A stretch of DNA of 64,000 bases from Ramazzottius varieornatus (GCA_001949185.1 BDGG01000010.1:1373773-1437772); one strand, 5' to 3'; positions 51,801-64,000 are shown, counted from the first letter of the stretch. Notes: a model not told the origin generated them from the letters alone. Translations and numbers: made by a program.

Positions 51801-52528
51801 TATTGGCTAGCAACACTGGAAACGCGCGTCACTTGGAAGAATAGTCTTGTCGAGTTTGCCAAGTGGCGCACGCTTGCAGCTGATAACAGAGGAAGTTGCG
51901 CCACTTCGGAAGAGTATCTTGTCGCCCTTGTTTGCCAAGCCTAAGCTCGAATTTTTGACCTACTTGGGTATTCTGTCATTGTTTAATTTTCTGTTGTCTT
52001 CTTTAGGCAAGCATCTGCTGCGAATCATCCTCCAGAAGTGGCTGCCAGCCGGTGAGGTTCTCTTCCAGATGATCACTCTTCACTTGCCTTCGCCCGCCAC
52101 GGCCCAGAAGTACAGAATGGAAATGCTGTACGAAGGACTTCACGATGATGAGGCTGCCGTCGCCATCAAGAACTGCGACCCCGAAGGTCCTCTGATGATG
52201 TACATCTCCAAGATGGTACCCACTTCCGACAAGGGTCGCTTCTACGCGTTCGGTCGAGTGTTTTCTGGCAAAGTCCAGACCGGCCAGAAGGTAAAAACTT
52301 CACTGAACTCGCTCTTTCTGTTCGTCTTTTCTAATCCTCGTGGTTTTGTCTTTAGGTGCGAATCATGGGCCCGAACTACGTGCCAGGCAAGAAGGACGAC
52401 TTGTACGAGAAGTCCATCCAGCGGACTGTTCTGATGATGGGCCGTAACACTGAAGCCATCGAAGATGTGCCTTCGGGTAACATCTGCGGTCTGGTCGGTG
52501 GCGATCAAGTCTTGTTCAAGACCGGCGG
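48877..52528 (+). pseudogene. EEF2: Unprocessed, 3'-truncated eukaryotic elongation factor 2 pseudogene
   Basis: [36 protein letters not shown] (stop codon and broken G1 motif), [74 protein letters not shown]. Frameshifts near 51090 and 51450. Homology ends at KTG (~52528). Confidence 0.92.
51757..51940 (+). repeat. MITE-like copy with duplicated inner hairpin in eEF2 pseudogene intron
   Basis: CTCGACAAG...CCAAGT / ACTTGG...CTTGTCGAG hairpin followed by AAGTGGCGCACGCTT...TGCGCCACTT; outer CTCGGTAAACAC / TTGTTTGCCAAG. Confidence 0.6.
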
Positions 52529-52863
52529 ATTTCGTCATTCACTACAGAAGGCAGCATCTCAGCAATGCGTGGCAGTACCACACGGACTTTCGAACAGCCG
52601 GAGGGCTTGCATTTATGGCCCAGATGTTCATTGTGGGTGAATTTCTTCTGTTTTGCTTACGAATCGTGTTTAGCGTCCTCGCAGATGTGCTGCAACAAGT
52701 TCTCATTTCTCCGCTTTCCCTCCTTGAAGTCCTTGTTCGTTTCCTTTTACTGGGAAGCTGAGTTGTCCAACCTGTACGTAGATAGAACCGTGGGCTTGTG
52801 GGTCATAAGGAGTTATCTACTGACCGAAAGCTATCTAGAGTCGAAGAGAGCAAGGCATCAGCC

Positions 52864-53264
52864 ATGTCTGCCNNNNNNNNNNNNNNNNNNNNNNNNNNNN
52901 NNNNNNNNNNNNNNNNNNNNNNTTGCCCCCCCCCCCCCCGTCCCAAAAATTCCGAAACTTCCAGAGTACGCTCATCGGGGAGAAGGCAGTTACCACTGTA
53001 GCTGGAATCGGGAATGCCTTGGGAGGACGTCTGGTGGAAAAAGGATATGACAAGGTGAGGTTGAGTGTGGCTGACAGTACGAAGACGGCTGACTTGAGTG
53101 CTGTGCTTTCTTTACAGGCATATATGTTACTGGGACAGTTTTTGGTGTTGAAGAAAGACCCAGAGCTCTTCCAAAACTGGCTCCATAAAACCTGCAAGGC
53201 CGATTCTAAACGGCAGAAGGAATGCGCAGACTGTCTGGCCGAATACGTCAGGTTGCACTTGTAA
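52864..53264 (+). CDS. BANF1: Barrier-to-autointegration factor (divergent)
   Basis: ATG TCT GCC [gap] SQKFRNF...GEKAVTTVAGIGNALGGRLVEKGYDK|AYMLLGQFLVLKKDPELFQNWLHKTCKA...CLAEYVRLHL*. One intron (~53055-53117). Confidence 0.9.
52873..52922. other. Assembly gap (50 N) with adjacent poly-C
   Basis: Run of N inside the 5' end of the BAF gene. Confidence 0.99.
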
Positions 53265-53802
53265 GATACACCATGACTGACCGCTTACTGCCCATCATCG
53301 CGGTATCAGTGATATTCAATAGACGCAACTCTTTACCTTCCAGTTGATCTTAACTAATTTTTTAGATGACTTCATCTCTTCACGGCGTCTTTTCTCAAGT
53401 TTTACCCAATGGTTTGCGCCGTTTAGTACAAAAAACGTTAGATCTTAGAACATAGATTCCTGAAGTACGGTATTCTTCGTTCAGAATGACGTGTCCGCTA
53501 TTTGAAACTTTTTCCGTTGAAATTCACCAAACCAAATCACCGGAATCTTCCATCATATATTAAAAGCAGAATTCCAAATGAAATATACACTGAAAACTCC
53601 AAAACGAGAAAACAGTGTGGGAGTCTGTACTGTTTATATCGTTCAAAGTTTACGTGGTTTAGGCTTCCTCATAAGGCCTAAATCGCCATCGGCTATCCAA
53701 GATGGCTTTCTCTCCACCTTGTCATTCACCAGATGATCAACTTCCTCAGAATAGTGCAGAAAGCGGATCAAGCGATCCTCAAAGCTTTCAATCTTGTTCA
53801 AG

Positions 53803-54884
53803 TTAGACGGCGTCGAAGGAAGCGTCGTTCGGATCCTCGTTAGGATTCACAGCGATCGGGACAAGAGGTTTCCGAGGTAAGGCCTGTTCGTCGTCGTACG
53901 GCTCGCGTTCCTCCTCGTCCACCCAGTCCGCATCTGGTAGATGTTTGTCCACAGCAGCCTCGTACTGGAGCAGCTTCTTTGCCAGTCGGCTAGCTACCAC
54001 ATCGACCTCCAAGTCTTTCCTGCCAATCGGTACTTTCTGTCCACGTAGTACACGCTCTCGTCTGTACTCTAAAAAACTCAGGTCCTCACAGCTCTCTGTC
54101 ACCAGTGCATCTTGTTCCTCTGTAGTCGTTAGCAGCTCGTTTCGGTGGACAAAGGCTTTCTCGGGAAATTTTGTCCGGCGTCCTTCGTCATACAACTCTG
54201 CTGGATACCTCCGTATCGACGCTGTCTTGAGCGGAAGTGGTAACAACCTTGACAGTTTTGGGGTTACTTTACCTCGTGGAGTAGCTCTTGAAGATGCCTT
54301 ATTTTCCTTCTTATCAGTGATAACTGATACTTTGTTTTCAGATGGCGCCTTCTTTCTCACTGACTCAGCTGAAGATGATCGGATCGAACTCGGCGGTCGT
54401 TCGAAATCACCAGAACTGTAGGACTGGAACGAACTGTAGGACTCGGAAATGAAAGTCCATTGACTGCTCCAGTATGCCGCTATGACGTAAAGCTCTTTGA
54501 TTGCGGGTGGTGATTGAACACATTGCAAACAAATTGCTCAGCTGATTAACAAGATGACCGTACAGCGTGCCAACACTAGATGCGCGATAGCATACCATCT
54601 AGTCCGAATCTAACGGAACAGCTGATCAACTAAATTGCAACCTGTTCAATCAAACTCCCAATCAAACAGCTTACGTCAGTACAGTAGTTTAGGTTCGTCA
54701 CTTCCGGATCCTGTAGTTCATTCCAGGGATCGTCGGGGGATTTAGCTACCTTGCTCAGACGATAGAAGAGACTCTCTTCTATCGTTTTGCCGGAACGGTT
54801 TGACCATCGAGAGATGGGGACAGGCATAATCCCCTTGGAAGTATTGCAATAGGCAACGATCAAACAATTAGTGTTATCAAACAT
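53803..54884 (-). CDS. Hypothetical charged, partly disordered protein (model uncertain)
   Basis: 241-codon open frame 53803-54528 plus an upstream ORF 54630-54884 ending near a GTAAG donor. No recognisable domain. Confidence 0.45.
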
Positions 54885-55153
54885 CCTTGGTAATAGGTAT
54901 AACTCGCTGGCTTAATGACGTACTGCGCGAAACCTTGGAGGAAATACAGTATTATCAAGCCCGTAAGTTCTGTGCAGTCGAAAAGTGGATCTTCCTCTAT
55001 TCAGACAGATTTAACAGGATTGTCGTCCGTGCCGTACAGAAGTCCGTCTGGAGTTGCGTGGAAGACGTTTCGAGAAGACCTGGACGCTCATCTCATCGAA
55101 TCCATTCGTAGCATTGTATATCTAAAGCAGTCGTTTCCGGCGGACAAATCACG

Positions 55154-56583
55154 ATGTCTTGGCAAGGTTAGTCTTTCGTCTTCCAAACGGCAGCGTCGAA
55201 TGGGCGCCACTAGATAGTATATGCCCGAGATGGCTAGCTGGCTAACACACTATTTTTGCAGACGCCAAAGAGAGATTGAAGAAAGTAAAGGAGGAGCGTT
55301 TGAGGCGGAGTGACGAAGTCGTGGAGTTATGGGAATCTGCATTGAGTGACAGCACAGGAAAGCTGGGCGATGAAGGTAAATTTCTGGCTGTTTACGAGTC
55401 GAGAATAGTCCTCTTATACGTGACGCAGACTTCACTGTGAGCGCTGCTCCAGAGATGACTGTTGTTTTTTAGTGTGGACGATTTACGAGCAGGTATGCGT
55501 AGCTGCGCTGGATTGTGATCGTCTGGACATTGCGAAGTACTGCGTCGCGAAGCTCGATGGCCGGTTTCCCAGCAGTAATCGCGTGAAGCGTCTTGGCGGA
55601 ATGGTTCTTGAGGCTGAGGGAAAGTAAGCAAACCTCTCGCGAGTTTTCATAACGGACAGTTGTGTATCGAAGTCTTTCGCCGCTTTGAAGGTTCGACGAC
55701 GCTACCATGATGTACGAAGCCCTTATCAAGGCGGACGAGACAGACACCGTAAGCAAATTCCCTGCGTTCATCCCGATAGTGTTCTAGCCTGATGCGTAAC
55801 TTTGGATACTAATTTTGCGCTGAGCGAAATGCATATACGAGTTGTGTTGATTTTTGCTTTTTTTGTAGTTGGCAAGAAAGCGGATAATCGCCATTCTGAA
55901 AGCCGAGAAGGACTATGTCAAAGCAATCGAGGAGCTGAACGAGTACCTTAAAGTGTAAGTGCGGTCGACTTTCATGGTACGATTTCTGTGCTCAGTTATA
56001 CCATCAAAAAAGATTGAACAAGCTCTTCGCAGATTCCAAAATGACCAAGAAGCCTGGCTGGAACTCGTCGAGCTCTACTGTCACGAGCTAGACTACCACA
56101 AAGCCAGCTTTTGCATGGAAGAGGCCCTCATCCACCATCCTCATAATCACCTTTATCACCAGCGGTATGCCGAGATCAAGTACGCACTGGGCGGATACGA
56201 CAGTATTGAAACAGCCAGGGTGCACTTCGCCAAAGCTACACAGCTGTGTCGGACTAACGTGGACGCCTTATATGGCATGTGCATCGTAAGTTTAGTTACG
56301 CTTCGATGGCGAACTCGGTTATATTGCTGTTTTTTGGTATTACAGTGCGCTTCCTATTTGGCGAATTCGCAAAAGTCCACAGCTCAGAAACGGAGAGATA
56401 ACCAACGCTTTTCAGAATGGGCTGCTAATCAACTCTTGGAGAAACACTCCGTGAGCCATTCATTGACCACAACGTAAAACTTCAAATGACTATAATGGTA
56501 CTGTTTTGCAGAACTCGTTGGGAGTGGAAGGCACAAGTAAAATAAAAAACATCAGTCTTTTACTAGACAATCTACAAATTTGA
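55154..56583 (+). CDS. EMC2: ER membrane protein complex subunit 2 (TTC35)
   Basis: MSWQ|[24 protein letters not shown]...KLGDE; [54 protein letters not shown]; ends LLDNLQI*. Confidence 0.93.
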
Positions 56584-56624
56584 ACTGGTACTCATACTGT
56601 GGCTTTTTTCTCTTTTCTTTTCGA

Positions 56625-58843
56625 CTATTTATTATTGACACAGCGTTGTTGACACTCTGCACTGTTTGGTTTTACTCTTCTTGATATTGGATTAGGTTTC
56701 CGTTTCTTTTCTTTCTCCTTTGCTGTGAAGTATCTTTCTCGGAACGTGTTTGTGTAGATGTTCTCGGCGAAAGTCACTTGATATTCCGGTTTCTGAAACG
56801 AAAGCAAAGATGGGTTGTTCGTAGCTTCCAGTGAACCGTTAGATCTAGTGAGTTCGATTCACTTCCTCATACCCATTCCTTTATCTTTTCCATCGTAATC
56901 AGTCTTCGGCTCGTGGACCCTGCAAGCTTCTGTTCGCTGTTACTGATCACGTTGAAACAGTCATGCTGAGGCACGGCAGTTTCGTTGTATTCATCTTGAA
57001 GAACAGGAAGCCAGTAAACCAGTCGACCACCGATACCAAGGTTCTTCGAAGCGAAGGACACCAAAGTGGTGATCAAATCGTTAAGAGCACATCTACCTAT
57101 CTGCATATGCCCGTCAACTTCCCTAACAAACCCAAAAGTGTTGCACATCAGTTTCAGATGTCAGACAGAAACCAGGTTTCACAGCTTACGATAGGTCACC
57201 GCTCAGCTCGCCAGAGAGAACTTTTCCAGTGCGAGCAATAGGTTCTCGCACACCATAGGGAGCTACGCCAAAGAAGAAACAGTATTAGCGAAACCAGAGA
57301 TCGAATTGCTGACGAAGAATGGGCGTGGACCGAGTGGGAAGGTCAAACTTACGGTCGGAGATGATCGCATCGAACCGCATGTCTTCCCTTATCACATTCT
57401 TCGTGGCGTCGGCCACAACGATCCCCACATAGTGATCGACCATGTCATACTGGGTGAAGTTAGCTAAAACGCTTTCGTCCCTTCTTCTCCAGGTATTCTT
57501 CGCTCTGGTAGACTTCCCTGAAACCAGCCAGAAGCTACATCAGTCGTGAAACGCGGAAAATATCGGCACTTTACAAGCACGATACCTCGTCCATGAAGTA
57601 AAGCTCGATCAATATCCGCGCCCAGAGAGTATCCTCCAAAGTATGAGGCTGCGACCAGTAGGCTTCCGGTTCCCACGAATGGATCGTACACTAGGGACCC
57701 ATTGGAAACTTGAGCTTGATTGGCCATGACGAGAGCTAGTAAGGGATCCATGCTAGTCGTCCCGATGAAGTATCGTTCGTCTAGTCGAAGCTTATGGGCA
57801 CCATCACGGCTACTATCAGCAATCTATAACATTACCTTAGTTTTTATGCGTGACCGAACACCAAGCCGGGCTACCTTCACGTACCCATCGTCCGAAAAAC
57901 ACTTGTTCGGGAAATGGTCGAACCGTCTCGTTCTCATTTCCGTAATCTTCCACGTAGTGGAAACTGTGCGTCGGGTTGTTCAGGTCCACCCGCGTGTCCA
58001 AAGGTAAGGCACGCAGTGCCTATGGGAAAGACCGGTTTCTTTCATCTGACAAAGCTTTCGAGGAAGAGCCTACTTCGATTCGATTCCTGATGTCGTCACA
58101 CGTCAGCTTCTTCCCGTACGCGTTAACCCTCAGTCGGAATGAAGAGCCTTCCGCGGAATATGTGGACTATAACAGACCCAAGTACGGTAGTGTTGAATAC
58201 GACTAAACATAATTACACAAGTTGGTTGTCTGAATCGTTTGCACGAAGCTTACCATGAAACTGGCTGGAAGCTGGGATAGATGTTCAAGAAGGTCCTTTA
58301 GCGATGTCGAATGGATCCAACATTCGTAACAGGATCTGAAAATAATACAGCATTAGTTTTAGTCTGATTAAAGACCACTGCTTCCCAACAGCGAAACGAC
58401 CTACGAGACGCTGAATTACTTCATGAGGACGGATCTGTGGACCAGGGTACGAGCTGCGTTCTCATCCGGCATATCCAGAAGCAGAAACGGACACTGGAAC
58501 CATACGACATCATGTTTGCGAAGGTTACATCCGGCACACACCAGAATACTGACGTACCTCATGATTTGTCATCTGGGCCTCGTTCAGTGGTATTCCTAGT
58601 AATCCACAAAGCGACCTGAGCTCCTGTAGCAAAGAGTGGTGAAAATGAAACGATCTCAGAAGAGCGAAACAGACTTGCAGCGCTTCGAGGTCTCACCGGG
58701 AAACGGAAGTCTACATGCTCTTGAGCGTAGTAGAACAGGAATTTCTTTCGGCAGGCGTACGTCACAGTGCAGTTGAAACTCTGTCGATGTGATTTCTCCC
58801 CCAACACAGAAGGCTTGACTTCTGTATCCGTCCTGCCTAACAT
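56625..58843 (-). CDS. TRMT11: tRNA (guanine(10)-N2)-methyltransferase
   Basis: FLFYYAQEHVDFRFP; FIGTTSMDPLLALVMANQA; VYDPFVGTGSLL; GADID; FDAIISDPPYGVRE; GGRLVYWLP; SRRLITMEK; FRERYF. Start codon uncertain. Confidence 0.93.
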
Positions 58844-59965
58844 GGAGCTTACGCTTCTTCTGGCGTTCGATGAGCTTTCTGTAAGGAATGTTCGAAGAAC
58901 GGTTCCCAGTGATGTTCCATGCATTCGGAAACAGTCCGTGCCCCGGAGAGCCCCGATACTGAATCGAAGGACCGCGTGAAGTCCCGTCAGGTATGTCTCT
59001 GTCTCGAGCGAAGTCCTACAGACAGTGCATGTTAGTAACATCACCCACAGTTCCCAAAACACCAGTATTCAGCAGTGGTTCTGAAACTGCGAGAGTTGAT
59101 CAAGCAACTGAATTAACAGCTCTCTTCCGCGATGGCACCACTTACACCTATTCTCGTCGTATGATACTTCCTCTCCGAAGGTCCAAACTCGTTCTTCCGC
59201 TCAACTGCGAGGAGGAATCAAGGGATGCGAGTACTTCCCATGAGAATGAATGTGTAATGTAATCGAAGATTTAACCGGAAGCTTGAGCTTTCGAGACTCA
59301 AGTTTTAAATTTCCGGTAACACGCTCTCTTGCGAATCAAGTACCAACAGCAATCAATCCAGTGGTTGGTAAATTTTGTGTTCGCAAAGTCTGTCTTGTAA
59401 CTTTGTTTCTTCCAGTTAACACTTCAGTTGTTTTGGTTTTCTTTTATGGAAACTGTTTTTATTCAGGCGGATTCCTTTGCGAAGATCTCTCTGTTCTACT
59501 GCTCCACGTTCCAGGAATACGATGAGAGTTTATTGAGGCATGATCGGTGAACTGGATTATGTTTTGGAAAGTGCGGCATTGTCTGGCTACATTGGGTAGT
59601 TGACTACACAGGGTGACGATGTCTTGTGGTTCCAGTGTCCTCCTGATTCCGCACTCCGCAACGACTGAAACTTTCAAACGGGGAACGCCATTCGCTACTT
59701 GAGTGAGTTCTTAAGATGAACGGTGCCACCTACCATCAACTGCTAACGTACCTGACATTCAATGAAGTTCTTCTGAACACTTCCGGCGGTAGCACGCACA
59801 AGTACACGTACTGTATATCGCCTTGACATTTTGTGCTCATGTTACTAGATGGATACAACGGATTGAAGACCTAGCGCTTGGGCTCCGAAGACGTGGGATT
59901 TGGCGGTCAGTGTACTTCTGGAGGATATCCTCCATGTGGATCACTTGCCCTTAACTATCGCTACC

Positions 59966-62900
59966 ATGGAAGAGCACGAGACGTCGTACCCGGATGCTGG
60001 ACATCAGACGGCCACGATTGACAACTCTTCTGTTTCTGCCATCGGTCACGGTAAGTTTGTGGTGTCGGTTTTTGAGGACTGAGGGTACTGTTAGCAACAT
60101 TAAATGGCCAGTGCTGAACGAAGTAGATTACCTACGTACATCGTTGTGAGGACGCCGCGTGGGCAACTATCGCAAACGTACATGGTTAGCCACGGATCCT
60201 GACGTCATTTTGACCCGTGGCTGAAGTTTTGTGAGCGTTCCTTTTAGAAGGTTTTGCTGAAGCATCCAGACGGATACGCGTCGGTAGGGATCGACAGCTA
60301 CTGGCGGAACGTACAGGTCCACATGAGAGAAATTAGGTCTTCAAACTTGCCGAACAAGTCTACGGCATGTACATCGTTGCAGTCATGATGGAGCTCGATG
60401 TTCGCTGGGAAAGACAAACACACATCGCACATGATCGACAGCTCGATCGACCTAAACAACTCATGAATAATTTCGCTACACCGCCGTCCTGAAGTACCCA
60501 CCATGTTGAGGCTTGTTACAGCAAGTGGCGCCATCTACGAACTCAGCGAGGTACGCAGTCACGGACCGGAAGTCCCCCTTTATCTTCCTTTGTCCTACTG
60601 CGACGAGGTTTCTCTTTACTCCTTACTACGACCTTTCTTGGCTCTAGTAAACGGTACCAGCTTGATTTTCGACTTCCGGTAAATAACCACGGCGCGATGA
60701 CGCTTTCCGCGGGAATGACTGTCTTTCCGGCCCACAATTCACCGAACAGGCCTGCTTTTCCATCCGAAAATCATGCAGAATTCATGCATTGTTGAGCGGG
60801 AATCAGTATAGTCGACAGGTTTCCCCGCCGTGTTTCGACGACTCGACCATGTTTTGTTAATTCGGTTTATGATAAGATGCTTACCGGTTAATCGCCATAG
60901 ACCAGTTGGTGGGCCAAGTCTTGCAGCAAGGACAATGGCTACCTATGGACCTGAACACCGAGTTACCGCAGTTGAGTAATGAGCCACACGCTTCAGTGCC
61001 ATGCTGTAATCGTTCTGCGGTGTTATATTTCAGTTGAAAAGTTTATTGCGTGGTTCTTTGCGAGCTTGCTGGTGGAAATACCCAATCGTGTCTTTGCGTG
61101 TTTATTGAGCTCACATATCCGTCTCGACCGTGGCTGCTCGTTCCGCTCGCTGCCTCTCCGGTTGTATCTTTCTTTCATTCGTGACCACAGAGACCACCGG
61201 AGGATCGTCTTTGACGGCCTTCAGAGATCTTCACGGTATGTAAACTCGTTTCTACCATTTCAAATTAATTTATTTTGAAATTATTTTAAACTTCATACTT
61301 TTAAACTTTGCAGGAAGTCTTCATCATTCCTGTGCAAGAGTTCGGTCAATTTCAAGCATTCCATTTGAGTTTAATCTCATTTGGGTAAGTGCTTGCTGGC
61401 CTGGAGTTTTTGCCGGTGGTTCTTTTCCTTCTTGTGCGTACAGTGGCAGTGATTCATTCGGCGAAGTTGCAAGCTTGAGGTACTCATATACTAAAGTGTT
61501 GTCGACTGGCGACATTGAAAGACTGCGGCGATTAATCTTGTTACGGCATGTCGTGACGCTTGTTAATGACACGGAGGTATAGGGTAATATCTGTGACAAA
61601 TGTGTCGATTGCGGCGACCGTGTCTGTCACTTTATACCTGCCGCGTAGTACTTGCACAAAGACACAGACATTAATGCCTTTTCTTAACTGCCGATGCACG
61701 CCCAGCATGTAAGCTGCGCGGTACACCGGCACCAACAACACGTTTTGATAAGCCTAATGTTGGCCTCCCTGCCTTGATTACCAATTATTCCCCACACATC
61801 ATTCCGCTCGATTTAGCCTTTATGGCCAACTGGTTGAGCCTCGTTGATTTCCGGTTCTAGTCGATTGGGAAAGGGCTCGAGTCGACTAGGCGTGTTTGTT
61901 GTTATTCCCAAGATCGATCTTGAGCGTTAAGGTCGCCGGTTCTTCGTTCAAAGGTCTGGATAGCGGAGAAAATCTAACAGTCAGAATACTATCTTCGAGG
62001 TTCATTGTTTCGGGGATTAGATTTTGTCGAACAAAACTGAACGTTCGTGATGGGTGGCATGGTAATGGAAAAGTCCTCGGGTTAACTTCTTGCAATGCTC
62101 GAAGCGATGTTCGATCCAACATGACTGTATGTTATTATTGAGGTCTCTAATGACCATTTAGACGTTCGTCAGCACTGAGTTTGCTTGTTTCTCCGTTTGG
62201 GTTCTTCACCAACATGTGAGGAAGTTCGCATATCATCAAATGTTGCGGACGCGGTATTCCGTCTGCAGAATGTGGTAACTGATGTCCTTTTTTTCTTTGT
62301 TGTTGAGCAGATGAGACCAACGAAGCGATCAGCGTGAATTCGACTTCGTCGACTTGGTCGCCTGACCGGAAAAACACGCGGCTGCTCGATGTCGATTCTA
62401 ATCTTCACGCCAGCTCTGATAATACGAGTACAGTATCAGTCGGTCCGGAAGGCCTGACGGAAAAAGCTGAGGCCGGTATAGCAACATTGTCGACGGAGAC
62501 GACGACAACGCAGGATTCATCGATTGAATGCACCGATGATCATTCTAAAGCCATTGCCATTGCCGCTGTAACGCCAAGCGAAACTCTCAGCACAATTTGC
62601 AATGCCAGTTCGCCTGGATCAGCGACGACGACGACGACGGTTGATCACAGTGCGGCAGCTAGCGAACGTCCCGGCGTTTCTCTAGGTAAACCCACCGTTA
62701 TCACCTTACTGTTTATTTTAGCCCGGATGGTTATCGTCGAAGATTATCACGTTTTGTTTCCAGATATCGCTTTGCCCTGGGAATCGTCGAGAGAGTCGTC
62801 CTCGAAAACGGCGGGCTCTTCTCGATCACCCGGCGCAAAAATGGTCGTCGGCGAATATGTCCTGCAGACATTGTTCGTGGACTTTGCAAACAAGGTGGAG

Positions 62901-64000
62901 AAAAAGGTCGACGCGGTCTTGGCCGAACCATTGGTAAGAATTGTTTCTTCGATCGTTTCCCTGATTATCTTGCGCATGAAAACAAATTCGACGATTTTTC
63001 TGTGCTGAGTTCTTTGTTTTCTTTGTTTGTTTTTTTCGGAATTTGGTTTTCATGGTTGGGTGTTTGCTTTAGGGTCGACCGTTATCCAAGTCCTTTCAAC
63101 GAGGCGAAGATCCGCAGTTCGATCAGTTAGTTAGCTGTTTTCATGCCGTGGCCGAGCACGCACTTCCAGCGCTGCTGCGCACCTTGTTTGCGTGGTACGA
63201 CCGGCAGAACGTGGATTACCCCAATGTCAACGTCCCACCAGAGACCCACAAGCAAAAAGCCGAAGGATCGAAAACAGGAAGTGGAAGCACTAAATCCATA
63301 GAAATGATGGAGAAGGAACATCTTGTGAATAAGCGCAACTTGGCCGTGGATTACCTTTTCGCATTAGTGCTCATCGAGCTACTCAAACAGGTTAGTATAG
63401 CCACTTCCTTTTGTTCACTTCCGGTGTTCCTTCTTACGTTTCAACTTTCATCTCTTGGGTTTTTCTTATGACAGCTGCCCTTTCATCCTGGACATGAACA
63501 CATCGTTATGCAAGTCGAAAGCCTGGCTTTCCGCCATTTCAAGTATTGTGATCCGTAAGTGGCTTATCCTTCCTTGAAGATCTTTGAGAATTTCTTTGTT
63601 GTGGTTCTAAACTCTGTTTGTTTGTGCAGCATTATTGTCGGGCCCAACAGCGTCAACTTCCATATTGTGTCGGACTTGTATGCCGAAGTGATCGGGGTTC
63701 TTGCGCAATCTAGGTAAGAGCGGCAAAGAGACGTAGTTTACTATCGCACCTGCGTACTTCCGGTTTGGTTCAGTACAGCAGGTACAGGTATGTAGGTGCG
63801 TGAGGGATCAGTTGACTTGGTTCGTAACTTTTCACCCTTGTTCTTCGTGAGATCGTCAAACATTTTATTGATAATTTGAACGCTTTTTGCTTGTGTTTTA
63901 TAGATTTCAGTCAGTCAGAAGAAGGTTTATGGGCGAACTGAAAGAGCTCCGATTTAAAGAGGTGACACCTGCAGTTGCCCATAACATCATCGCCTTATTA
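59966..64000 (+). CDS. fry: Protein furry homolog, 5' part (continues beyond window)
   Basis: GEYVLQTLFVDFANKVEKKVDAVLAEPL, SKSFQRGEDPQFDQL, VAEHALPALLRTLFAWY, LVLIELLKQLPFHP, DLYAEVIGVLAQSRFQSVRRRF. Putative exon 1 (59966-60050, phase 1) matches the acceptor at ~62310. Confidence 0.9.

Noticed and set aside
52923-52940. Poly-Pro N-terminus of BAF (MPPPPP)
   Set aside because: The poly-C abuts the N gap and is likely a sequencing artefact. The real start is probably ATG 52864.
7171-53264. Genome-maintenance cluster (MSH6, MCM10, spn-E, BAF)
   Set aside because: The genes are interspersed with unrelated genes; chance adjacency in a compact genome is sufficient.
1-64000. Prokaryotic features (CRISPR arrays, operons) and tRNA/rRNA genes
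   Set aside because: None recognised; the window is spliceosomal-intron-rich eukaryotic DNA.

Overview
Gene-dense, intron-rich eukaryotic (metazoan) DNA with mostly 55-100 bp GT-AG introns. The compact architecture resembles tardigrade (Ramazzottius-type) assemblies, but that attribution is an inference. In order, the window holds: a degenerate mobile-element zone (BEN-like fragment, CCHC zinc-knuckle gene, decayed two-gene PIF/Harbinger transposon); MSH6; an unc-4/Uncx homeobox gene with a long upstream noncoding region; two tandem paralogous secreted proteins with disordered N-termini and amphipathic Ala/Gly/Val-rich C-termini and no family I recognise; an intron-containing bacterial/fungal-type Zn-dependent (formaldehyde-dehydrogenase-like) ADH, a horizontal-transfer candidate; MCM10; a large protein with two GPR158-like ectodomain modules, a mucin stalk and a GPI-like tail but no 7TM region; DNALI1; spindle-E/TDRD9; an unprocessed eEF2 pseudogene; a divergent BAF; an orphan ORF; EMC2; TRMT11; and the 5' part of furry. 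A nested-hairpin MITE-like repeat recurs in five introns. Exon boundaries were read by eye and no database searches were run.
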